DNA of 64,000 nucleotides from Eledone cirrhosa (lineage: Eukaryota), in contig OZ024743.1 in the NCBI GenBank assembly GCA_964016885.1, forward strand, positions 246,822,001-246,886,000, read 5' to 3'. Numbering within the stretch: position 1 is the stretch's first letter; every line of letters begins with the position of its first letter. The notes beneath the pieces were generated by a model that saw only the letters and a list, made by a program, of their open reading frames with translations, was not told the DNA's origin and did not search any database. The translations under genes were made by a program, and so were the position numbers. Of this stretch, positions 51,305 through 62,962 are shown one piece after another.

Positions 51305-52078
51305 CAGGGTGCAGACGATATTTGTTCGCAAGATTACTGTCTAGGAAAAATAACACAGTAGTTTTATTTTTTAAGATATATTTATCAAACTTGGGTCAGT
51401 TTGTCTTCATGACTTGTTCTTTCGATCTCACTTGATAAACCCGCCATTGGCTTTGATGACGGCCTCAAGGCGGCCTCGGAACCGGCTACAGACCTTCGTC
51501 ACTGTCCCCCAACTTAGGCCCCTGGGAGGCCAGATGTCAGGTGAAGTGTGGTCGACGCAGTTCTCTGACAGCCAGGTTGGGTCTTTCGGCTGGTATGGCA
51601 GGGCGCTGAGTCTTGCTGCCACACGTACGGCCTACCTGCAGCTACCTGGTCGATCCATGGCTTTACTACCTCACTCAGAACGCGGAAGTAACCATCAGTG
51701 TTCAGCTGGAAGCCCTCAAGGAAGAAGTGAGGTGGCATGACGTCACCTTGGACTGCTGACGACACCTAAGACCAATGTTGTCGCTGGAAACTTTGTCTGC
51801 ATGACTCTGGGCACGTCTTTGGATGAGACAGCGAGCCACCTGTTGTTCTGGGAGTTGATCTTCTGGTCTTATTTTTCCTCCCGGCACGGATTCCAAGAAG
51901 AACTCCGTGTCTCTTCCACAAATTTGGAGGTTCAAAATTTTTCATAATCAATTATTCTGAAAACAAATAATGGAAATATAGTCACTGTTTTTATGAAGAC
52001 AAGAATGACAACGGAAGTAAAAAAAATTTGCATAAAATTAGCAGTTGAAAATTGCAAACAAATATCATCCACACCCTC
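51305..52078 (-). mobile_element. Second DD37D (maT) derivative copy
   Basis: Same TIRs and TA flanks. Shares the internal deletion junction of 36857-37746 and has a further deletion near 51520. Confidence 0.92.
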
Positions 52079-52884
52079 TATATATCATCATCATCATCAC
52101 TGTTTAATGTCTATTTTCCACACTAGTATGTGTTAGATGAGTTGTCCCATTGTGATACAAACCAGTTCAGGTGACCATGTCTTGCTCATACACAACTGAT
52201 TTTGGCTTGATTTCTATGGCTGGATGCCCTTCCTAACACCAAACACATTTACAGTGCATACTGGGTACTTTTTGTCGTGACACCTACACAACCACTTTGC
52301 AGTGTGGGCTGGGCACATTTTGTCGTGACACCTACACAACCACTTTGCAGTGTGGGCTGGGCACATTTTGTCACATCACCAACATGACCACTTTACTGTG
52401 TGGATTGGGTGCTTTTTATCATGGCACTAAAACAACCACTAAGTTAAGGGACATGGATGTACACACACACACACATACATATATTGACTTCTGCAGTTTT
52501 GATCTAGCAAATTTCCCTTACAAAACATTGGTCAACCTAGGACTAGTGTAGAAGACATTTGCCCAAAGTACCAAACTGCAGGAGGGAATCTGAAACATAT
52601 ATACATAGAGAAAGACTTACAAATGAATATATGAATATAGTATTTAGATGAAATTAAATAAAGGTGCTTTTGATTGTTTTCCACATAGGTTCTGTCTACC
52701 CAGTTTCATTCACAAGGCTTTGATTGATGCAAGGCTACAGTTATGACACTTGCCCAAGATGCGGAGCTCAGGACCCCATGATTACAAAATAAATATATTA
52801 ATACCTAGTCATTACATAATGTATGTTACCCACAACAAATTATGAATTAGTCACTACCAAAGTAGGCTACAAAGTTGGACTTAC

Positions 52885-52985
52885 CCACAGCAGAAGTAGA
52901 AGATTACTGCAGAAACGATAACTATGATGAGAATCAAACAGATAGAGACTGTCAGAATGATGATAATCTTGTCATTTTCCATTTC
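52885..52985 (-). CDS. Host gene exon A (101 nt): transmembrane helix exon of an uncharacterised single-pass membrane protein
   Basis: Minus strand ttattatttcag|gaaatggaaaat...tgctgtgg|gtaagt. Translates (E)MENDKIIIILTVSICLILIIVIVSAVIFYFCCG, a roughly 25-residue hydrophobic stretch. Ends in phase 2, matching exon B. An upstream exon must exist (there is an acceptor) but I could not identify it. Confidence 0.85.
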
Positions 52986-53039
52986 CTGAAATAATAAGAA
53001 AACATATTAGACCAGAGGTTTAAAAACTAGTAACCTCCA

Positions 53040-53280
53040 AATATTTCACACCACTTTAGTCTGTCACCAATAATCTCAAGGTGTGTGTCATGACATATTG
53101 GTGTGTCACAATACTTTAGTGTGTCATGACACTTTAACATGCTGCCAATTTCTAGGTGTGTTGCTAATAACCTCCCAGTATCACAACACTTTAGTGTGTG
53201 ACTCATAATCTCTAGTATGCCATGCCACTTTAGTGTGTCATGCCACACCAATCTCAATTTTTTAAATAATCAGTTATGTG
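53040..53280. repeat. Degenerate short tandem repeat (tttagtgtgtcatgacac-like)
   Basis: Recurrent gtgtcatgacac palindromic core and tttagtgtg units. Confidence 0.65.
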
Positions 53281-54324
53281 AAACTCAGAGTTATGATTCA
53301 ACAACAACAATAATAAAATAATAGAGAAAACCACATTATTAAGAACTGCAAAAAACCTAAGGAAGGTGCCTAAAAATTGAGATAATGAAAAAATTCAAAG
53401 GACTCTTAATCATTGGTTATGACACGCTCCTGTGATTGTAAACACAACACAAGATGATATGTCTACAATATAAATAATAATAATGATTTCTTTATTAGCC
53501 ACACAGGGCTCACATTAAGGAAACATTAAAGACAATACAAGACGATACAGTGTGGGTTTTTGTGTAAAATAATATTTATAAAAGGGACTAAGAAAATAAA
53601 CATTTAAAACAAACATAACAACTTCCCCAAAGATGAGGAGACTAAATGTCACTCTTGTAGAAATCCCGCAAAAGCCATGGTCACCCTGTCCGCTAAGGCA
53701 AAGTGCCCTCTCCCAGTCTTTCTACTCCAATCTACAGGCGTATGTTCAAAGCAGACCCATTCACACGAACTATACTCGCCACTCTAACCCATCTTTCAAC
53801 AAACTGGTTGGAAGGCAGCATTTCCCTCTCCACCCTGATTTTTCTTCAAGTGAAATCTGAAAAAATTAATCAGGGTTTCACCGAAGAGGAAGATGGCTAT
53901 CTTCAACCCTTTCACTCTTTCAATAATAACAACAATATACATATATATATATATGAAGTATGATATAACAAAGTTTCACAGCAAAATGTTTTTATTGCCT
54001 CCCCTGTGGCTTTCGGAGCACTTGTCTACCCCATGCAGTCTTATTTATTCAAATAGAGACAATTAGAAACAATAGTGAAACTAAAACAAAAACGGAATAC
54101 AAAATAGAACAAAGATTTTAGATGCAGGTTTCATGACCAATGGATATTCTTACTAGATGCTAAAAAGTTTTGGTCAAGTTTGTGATGAGAGAAGGAAGGT
54201 CCATTGATAGATAGAGATTTTTAATAGAGAGAAGAGGAGGCTGATAGATGGATAGTAGATAGATATATATCTGGTCACCTACTAATCTGGCAAGCACACA
54301 AGCCATGTTGACTTCACGTAAGAA

Positions 54325-56240
54325 AACAGGATAGACAGATGGTTATGAATGTTAAGTTCTTCCCTGGGAAAGAATGCACCACCCAACATTAATTAGTTAG
54401 TAGCGACATCAAAATAAGCATAAGACAACAACAAAAAATATGGAGGAGGAATGTATGGAAGCTAAAGAACCCTTCAATTAAGTATGGGTTTAGAAAGGAT
54501 GCATATGATGAGAGATACATATGACAAGTTAGATACATATGACATGTTAGATACATGACATAGAGGACAATTGGAAGTTCTTATGCAACAACCTACTTCA
54601 GACTACTGATGAAACCCAACAAAGGGACCACCTATTGAAATAGACAGTTAAAGGGTCAAAGAAGCAATTAAGGAGATTAAGAATGGTAAAGCTGCTGGAC
54701 CACCAGTGATAGTCGCTGAGATGCTGAATGCATCTGGGGAAGTAAAGAGCTGAATTAGTCAACCGCATAGTCAATCAGATAATACAGGATGGAGTCATAC
54801 CTAATGACTGGTACAGAAGTATAATAATTAATTGCTACAAAGGAAGAGATGATGCATTAAAAAGGAGCAATTACAGGGGCAAGTTATGAAAATGACAGAA
54901 AGAGTTCTAACACAACTAATTAGGGAAAGAGTCAAACTAGATGAGATGCAATTCTGTTTTGCTCTCTTCTTAGTGAAACATCTACAAGAGAAATTCCTAG
55001 CTAAAAGTAAGCCTCTATATCTAGAGAAGGCCTTTGAAAGAGTATCACAATCTGTTATTGGGTGGTCCTTAAGGAAACTAGGTGTAAAAGAATGGCTTGT
55101 GAGAGCAGTGCAAGCCATGTACAGAGGAGCTATCAGTAAATTGAGAGTAGGAAACGAGTTTAGCAAGTTATTCAAAGTACTGGTAAGAGAGTATCAGGGC
55201 TTGGTTCTCAGCCCACTTCTGTTTATTATAATCTTTCAGGCCATAACAAAAGAGTTTAAGACAGGTTGTCCATGGGAACTTCTGTATGCTGATGATCTGG
55301 TTCTTATAACTGAATCTGAGGAAGAACTAGAGAACAAATTCAGATAGTGGAAACAGAACTTAGGATCAAAAGGGCTGAGAGTAAACTTAGCAAAAACCAA
55401 AGTATCAATAAGTAGGAAAAAAGGCAAGGCCCTGATCCTATCAGAGAAATAGCTTGGCTTGATATGCAAAAAAGGAGTAGGTAGAAACTATATACTATGT
55501 TCACAATGCAAATCTTGGGTAGTAGTGGGATAGCAGGCAGACTAACAGGAAATGGAGATTTTGTATGTAATAGATGTTTAGGTAAAATTGATAGTGTGAG
55601 TGTCAGTGATATATACTTGTTTCAATCCCAGGTAGGATCCATAGAATTGGTTGATAGCTTCTGCTATCTAAGTGACCTAATTAGCAGTGGAGGTGGGTGC
55701 TCTTGGAGTATAGTAGCTAGAATAATGGGGTGGAAGAAGTTCAGAGAGCTAATAATACTGTTGACAACAAAAGTTTTCTCCCTACGAATGAAAGGTTGGT
55801 TGTATGATGCCTATGTACAATGTGCAATGCTGCATGGTAGTGAAACATAGGCAGTGACTGCAGAGATATACAAAAGCTGGAAAGAAACAAAGAGAGCAAG
55901 CTTCGATGAATGTTCAATGTTAATATGTGTGAATGACAAAATATGGATGAACTGAGAAAGAAACTGAGTATAAGAGAAATCAGATCTTGTGTGCAGGAGA
56001 GAAGACTGCAATAGTATGGACATGTGATGTGCATGGCTGATGATCGCTGGGCGAAGAAGTACCAAGAAATCCCAGTAGAAGGAAGCTGTAGTAAATGAAG
56101 ACCCAGATAGAAGTTATGAGAGTTGATCTCACATTGCTGAAACTCATGGCATAAATGACAAAGCATTACAACGAGTAGAGAGATGATGTGCTGAAAATGA
56201 TGCAAGCATGGTAAATCAGACATAAAATGATGATGATGAC
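54325..56240 (+). mobile_element. Older, more diverged RTE LINE
   Basis: GCPWELLYADDL and LHGSET motifs, many stops and deletions, and a gatgatgat tail near 56230. Confidence 0.88.
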
Positions 56241-56781
56241 CATTACATATGTTTCACAGATGATTGGCTTGAAATCCTCATCATGATTGAGTCTACAGGA
56301 GTAGATTGATGCTGGAGTTAGGTCTATCACATTGAAGATTTTGAGCCAGTCATCTGTGAAACATATGTAATAGTTGATATATAATAATAAAAACATTTTA
56401 AAGTGAAACTTCATATACACATTCTGCTATAACATCTAGTGCTTACATTGGTGCCATCTCCAGTAATCAACAAAATCACTGAATAACCTGATGATGATGA
56501 TAGATTTATATGTTTATAAAAACACACATACAAACATCATATACATATATATATGAATATATACATATCAAGGTTCATGATAAGGCTGAACTGAAGAAAT
56601 ATGGTCAGTAGCTCCACATGAGTTCTGATGCGGTCTGTTGATGACCCATCTAACATTCACTCTAAAGGAAAACAGACATTAAATGATGAGGATGATGTGT
56701 GATATGAGGCATGTATCTGGAAAAAAAGTACTGTAGTATCACTTGTATAGAAGTGTGTGTATTATTTGAGGTAAGTGGGTA

Positions 56782-56993
56782 GTGGATTGGCAATATTGGC
56801 AGAGGGTCAGACACTATGCTTTGCAGCACAGAGTTATGGCCCTTCACGTTCTGAGTTCAAACCTCGTCAAGGTTAGTTTTGCCTTTCATCCTTATGGGGT
56901 CGATAAAATAAAGTACCAGTAAGCACTGGGGTTGATTTAATTGATTTCCCTTCCCTTTCAAATTGCTGGCCTTGTGCCTAAAGTAGAAACAAT
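56782..56993 (+). mobile_element. SINE family 1 copy
   Basis: Same head and core. Flanked by attatttgaggtaag on both sides (probable TSD). More degenerate copies lie near 2690-2910, 10560-10710, 26570-26716 and 47868-48045. Confidence 0.85.
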
Positions 56994-57202
56994 TATTTGA
57001 GGTAAGAAGAATTAGAGAATATCTAAAGACGTAGGTGTAGGTGAGTTGATGGTATGGAGGAGAAGCAACTTGACAGGAAGCTTCTGATCCTAGGGATTAC
57101 ACAGGCTATACGCACTGAAAGTCTTTGTTCATGTTAACAATAATAACTTTGCTTTTACAGAGTTTTTCAATGGCTACAGGTGTGTGTGTATATATATATA
57201 TA

Positions 57203-60200
57203 TATTAAAATAACAGATTAAAGTTTAAGCAAAGAATTGCTGCTTTCACCCTTAACAGGATCTTCTGATAATCCGCGAAAAGCAGACAACAAACAGGATA
57301 AATTTGGATTTAAAACCTATAATAACCCCCCGTGGAACCCAGCATTGCTACCCTTCGAAAATGATGTCTTGGAACTCATTCGGAGTATCAAATTTCGGAA
57401 TAGGAGCAATTCCTTCCAGCAAGACCTGAAGAATAGAATTCGTTCTATTAAGGATTCTAACGCCATGCACGTCCATTCCGACAAAACTGGCAACCTATAT
57501 CAAGTGGAGCGCAGTACTTACCATCAACTACTACATAATGCTGTAACTAAGGATTACCGTAAAACTAATCGGTGCGTCATCAATGAAATCAATGATGCTG
57601 GGTTTAAAATCACATCTGATCTCAACATCCTGGACCGGACCGAACCTCTGGACCCTATTTCTCCCCACTTTACCCTGAAGGATCACAAATCCAATTTTCC
57701 GAACAACCCCTCTATTCGGCTTATTAACCCTACGAAGTCCGATTTAGGTAGACTTAGTAAAACGATTCTTGATAGAATTATACCTGAAATTAGTAGTTTG
57801 ACCCCTCTTGCACTGTGGAACAATTCTTTCGCGGTGATTGATTGGTTCAACGGCATATGTAACAAAGAACATTGCCATTTTATCCAATTCGACATCAATA
57901 ATTACTACTCCTCCATCACTTTACCACTTCTCCTTAGAGCTATCAATTTCGCTTAAACACTCACAGTGGTTAAGGATTTCAAAGTTGATGTCATCCTCAA
58001 TGCCTGTAAGTCGGTGATTAATTTCGACGACTCTATTTGGATTAAAAAATCCAATAGTACCCCATTCGACGTGAGTATGGGCGCCAGTGACTCTGCGGAG
58101 GTTACTGATCTTATTGGCCTTTTCCTTCTTTTCTCTATCAAGGACGAATTCCCCAACGCGGGCGGTGGTTTGTATCGTGACGATGGTCTTTTGACCATGA
58201 CTAAGTGCGGAACTCGTGCTTGCGACAGGTTCAGAAAAGAACTCACAGCCTTCTTTAAAGGCTTCAACCTCTCTATACAGGTTGAGGCCAATCTCTCGGT
58301 CGTTAATTACCTTGACGTTACCCTCAATTTATTGAATGGGTTGTATTACCCGTATAGAAAGCCGAATGATACGCTTAATTACATAAGTAAGCATTCCAAC
58401 CATCCTGCCAGCATAACCAAGAACCTGGTAAGAAACGTTTCGTTGAGGCTTTCCCGTCTTTCCACCAACGAGCGTATTTTCAACGACCATTCCACTTATT
58501 ACAATGAAGCTCTTGCTCGAAGTGGATTTGTCGATAAGGTAGCATATACAGAGTACGAAAATAGACCTAGAAGAAATAGATCCCGTCGCATTTGTTGGTA
58601 TAACCCACCATATAATATGGAGGTGGCCACACCATTAACTAAGATCTTTCTTTCCCTTATTATGAAGCATTTCCCCCCCTACACATAAATATAGTAAAAT
58701 TTTTAATAGAAATACTATTAAAAGTTCTTACTCTACGACTCCTAACCTTGCACATAACATCACAGCTTCAAATTTAGCTAAACTACCTAGCCGTAGGAAC
58801 ACGTGCAACCCTGTAGTTAGTACTAACTGTAATTGTAGGAATCGGGCTGATTGCCCCCTATCCGGGAATTGCCTCTCTAGTAACATTGTCTACAAATGTA
58901 AGGTTGTAACACCCACGTTCCGTAGGGCCTACATAGGTTTAACCGCCAATAGTTTCAAGCAGCGTCTTTACATGCATACCCATTCTTTTCGTTACCCTCT
59001 AAGAAGGAATATGACGTCACTTTCAGCTTATATCTGGAGTCTAAAAGACAACCACACCCAATATAAGTTACACTGGGAGATCCTAGCTAGGGCTAGATCG
59101 TATAACGGAAATAAAAGACCATGTGACCTCTGCGCCGCTGAGGCCCTGGAAATACTCTACGCCACAGACCACATCTTAAACAAAAAATCTGAGGCAATTT
59201 CGGCTTGTAAACATAAATTGCACAAAACTTTCCTGTATTACAGCCCCACGTTATACCCTAACGGATAGTACGATCTATACGTGGATATTTTACGTCTTGA
59301 TGTGGGAGCTAAGGATATGTTTTGTTTATTCCTTTACTTATTTGCATAGGTAAGTATATATTACCCGTATGTTTTGTGAAGGTACGTATACCTTCTCGTA
59401 CGTATATTTGATTGTTATGGCATATAATTTTATATTCTGGTACATAGGGTTTGGCTCTGTGTATACGGGAGTTTTGCGTCTGTGTGAGTATGCAGGTTCG
59501 TACGTATGGTGGGTGTGTGTATTTGTGTACTTCTTGTTTTAGTTGACTTACATCTCCGAACATTCGTGTATTTATATGTGGGTGTGTGTGTGCGCTTGTT
59601 ATGTAAGTATTTATTTATTTATATACGTTTATATAATTATTTATTTATTTGTATACACACATACACACACACACATATTTATATGTGCGTGGTTTTGTAT
59701 ACCTATGGTAAGGTTTTGCGTATGCTTGTGTATGTACGTATTTGTTTGCGTGTATGTATTTATTTATTTCTATTACTTCTGTATTGTATTTATTTACTTT
59801 GTTCTTAACTCTGTAGCGGAGATTCATTTGGTCTCCGAGTTAGAATTTTAGTCTACGACTTCTGCTATACCATTTACGTGGTTTTGTCTTTGCGTGCTAT
59901 TGTTCTCCACGCTCCACATATGACGTATTATCTTCGTTTTTCCGTTCATTGCCAGAGAACGTCTCTATGCACCACCTAAGAGAACATTAGTCTACGACCT
60001 CTTTTATACCATAAACGTGGTTCTGTCTTTGCGCGTAATTGCTTTTCACCGCTCCTATTAATGACGTATTATTCGTTTTTTCCCGTTCTTTGCCAGCGAA
60101 CGTTACCACGAACCAAAGTATCGTCTTCCTGTCTTCCTCCGGTTGCAACGTTTTTTGAAATATCCAGTTCTGCGTTTACAGATTGACTTTGTTAGTTTCA

Positions 60201-60351
60201 GAAGATCCCGTTAAGGGTGAAAGCAGCGATTCTTTGCTTAAACTTTAATCTGTTATTTTAATAAATATTTGCTCTACGGTTCTTATATATTTGATATATA
60301 TTTATCCTTATCGAGCCCTCTTTGGATTTTAGTCTTCAAATTTATTATTAT

Positions 60352-60355
<4 letters not shown>
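57203..60355 (+). mobile_element. Penelope-like retroelement (RT + C-terminal GIY-YIG), 5'-truncated, with inverted terminal segment
   Basis: Motifs FIQFDI, MGASDSAEV, LYRDDGL, WYNPPY, CNCRNRADCPLSGNC, IVYKC...YIGLT. Only one stop (57954) and one frameshift (C run near 58675). 57203-57268 is the inverse of 60198-60263. Inserted in (TA)n. Clade (possibly Nematis-like) not established. Confidence 0.93.
60194..60244 (+). ncRNA. Variant type I hammerhead ribozyme fold in PLE terminus
   Basis: agttt CAGAAGA tccc-gttaa-gggt GAAA gcag-cgattct-ttgc TT aaact. All three stems pair, but the core has A in place of U4. Confidence 0.6.
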
Positions 60356-60392
<37 letters not shown>

Positions 60393-60463
60393 TATGTATG
60401 TGTGTGCATTGATATACATGTGTGTGTGTATATATGTGTGTGGGGGTATATATGTGTGTGGGA

Positions 60464-60526
<63 letters not shown>

Positions 60527-61099
60527 AATGTATGTGTATTGATATACATGTGTATGTGTATATATATGTGTGTGTGTGGGTATATATATAATTATGTACA
60601 TACACACACACACCTGTCTATATATAATATCAATAAATGCAAGTCTGGTTATCAGCCATAAAATGCTGATGATAGTAGTGGCAATGCCCTAAACTGAACT
60701 TAAAATTATTCACAACAACAATAACAACAAAAGATTACAGCAGTTAAAAATTATAATTTCTTCAACCTGCTAGAGAAATAAGAGTACAATAACACGATCA
60801 TAGCTAGAATGAAACTAGTTTTCGATTGCAGCAAAAACTGACACGGTTAGACAAAGTTAGACTGAGTGGGTAGCAATGGCCAGATGACATTACAATCTTC
60901 TCACTTTGTGGCAGTAAGCCCCTTAACTGTGATGCACCCACTGCAACAATTCTTTCTCCAGCAACAGACCTCGTCTTTGTTCCCCAACAGGCTGAAATTT
61001 GTATGGCAGCTCTCTGGTATATTTCTCACTAGACCCATAGCAGTGGAAACATATAACCTCCTTGGCACCCAAACTACTCCTTTATCGACTACAAATGGA

Positions 61100-61440
61100 G
61101 GCACATGGCTTAGTGGTTAGAGCATTGGCCTTGCAATCGAAAGGTTGTGAGTTCAATTCTCAGACCGGGTGATGTGTTGTTTCCTTGAGCAAGATACTTT
61201 ATTTCACATTGCTCCAGTTTACTCAGCTGTAGAAATGAGATGATAGGGACTGGGGTCCATATCATTCCACTGCAAAGTGGTCGTGGAGGTGCCATGGCAA
61301 AAAAGCACCCAGCACTCACTGTAAATGAGGTTGGTGTAAGGAAGGGCATCCAGCTGTAGAAATCAAGCCAGAATCAGTTCCCGTTCCAGCCTTGCAAGCA
61401 GGGAAAAGCGGACGTAAAATGAAATGATGATGATGATGAA
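61100..61440 (+). mobile_element. tRNA-derived SINE family 2 with RTE-type 3' tail
   Basis: A box tggcttagtgg, B box gagttcaattc, core ccttgagcaagatacttta, tail ggaagggcatccagctgtagaaa...ggacgtaaaa(tga)n. Confidence 0.85.
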
Positions 61441-61948
61441 ATGAAGAAAATGGCCATCTGTAAGAACAAGCCCTACATTTCCTTTCTATCCAACAGGACC
61501 ATGAAGCAACAACAACAACAAAAAACTAGATATATTACTTAATATAACAACCAGCAAGTATTTTCAGTTCTTGACAGAAAAGTAAAGTTTTAAACTCCTA
61601 CGTAAACCATTTTACTTCAGTAATGCAAGCTGCCAATGATGTCATAATTATTACCCAGCCATGATCCATGCACCATTATGCAAACCATGGTAGACAACAA
61701 TGTAATTCTCAGGGAGATTCAGCATGACAAGCCTGGCTCTTTGAATTACAAGTACAATTCATTAAGCAGGCTTCAAAACCGTTTCCATTTATTGAATTCC
61801 ACTCACAAGGTTTGGGTTGACCTGAAGTTATGGTAAATGATACTTGCTCAAGATCCCACTCTCTGAGATCAAACCTCGGCTTTTATTATTGCGATGTGAA
61901 CTTTGTAACCATTCAGCCATGCTGCATCCACCCATATATATATATATA

Positions 61949-62913
61949 TATATGGAAAAAGTGGCTCGAAAGCCAGGTTTTTCGAGAAGTAATTTGATTG
62001 GTTTGTCAATAATTATAATAAATTTCGCGCCAGTTCGCGTTACAATAGTTCTTCAAATAAGAGAGGGGGGGGGGGTTGTCACAGGTTGTTTTTTCATATA
62101 TGAGTGTTTGAATTTATTTTTACTTGAAAAAAGGAGGCTCACGAAGGCTTTTTTTTGGTTGGTTATAAATGAAATTTGGCTGTCACGTGAACAAGTTTTC
62201 ATTACATTTTTGCGCCCTTATTTGGAAAACTATTCTGTAGTCTTTATAGTGAATGTTATGACAATGGAGAGATAGTGGTCAAGGGAAAAGGCACAGCTGG
62301 CCATATTCACTGAACCAGAACATTTCTCCCAATCCCTTTTCCCTTGACCACTATCTCTCCATTGTCATAACATTCACTATAAAGACTACAGAATAGTTTT
62401 CCAAATAAGGGCGCAAAAATGTAATGAAAACTTGTTCACGTGACAGCCAAATTTCATTTATAACCAACCAAAAAAAAGCCTTCGTGAGCCTCCTTTTTTC
62501 AAGTAAAAATAAATTCAAACACTCATATATGAAAAAACAACCTGTGACACCCCCCCCCCCCCCCTCTCTTATTTGAAGAACTATTGTAACGCGAACTGGC
62601 GCAAAATTTATTATAATTATTGACAAACCAATCAAATTACTTCTCGAAAAACCTGGCTTTCGAGCCACTTTTTCCATATAAAACAAGTAACATTTAGAGA
62701 CCAACCAGATGTGAGAAAAACCACAGACCCTCCATCTCAACTCACCTTTTGAAAAGCAGAAGAACTGCGAAACCGGTAAAGGAACCAAATAAATATATAT
62801 ATTTAAAAAAAAAATAAGACTCCAGTTGCATTTTCGATTTCATCTCTTTTTCTTTATACTTCCACTCGTGTAGGACACCTCGGTTATTTTTCATTTTGTA
62901 AAAAAAACCTCAC

Positions 62914-62920
<7 letters not shown>
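61949..62920. mobile_element. PLE 3' end (pseudo-LTR) with long inverted duplication
   Basis: Arms 61949-62291 and 62335-62680 are near-perfect inverses. The plus frame reads PLSLHCHNIHYKDYRIVFQI..., resembling a GIY-YIG C-terminus. Flanked by (TA)n. Confidence 0.65.

Positions 62921-62962
<42 letters not shown>

Noticed and set aside
57237-59268. Possible selenocysteine recoding as reported for Naiad PLEs
   Set aside because: The interruptions are a TAA and a frameshift, not in-frame TGA, and the endonuclease is C-terminal rather than N-terminal.
60866-61104. ORFs 60866..61120(+) and 60901..61104(-) as upstream exons of the host gene
   Set aside because: No convincing splice sites in a compatible phase; more likely degenerate repeat sequence.
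61844-62788. Two near-identical ORFs on opposite strands
   Set aside because: By-product of the palindrome; they are antisense to the PLE-like frame and have no splice or motif support.
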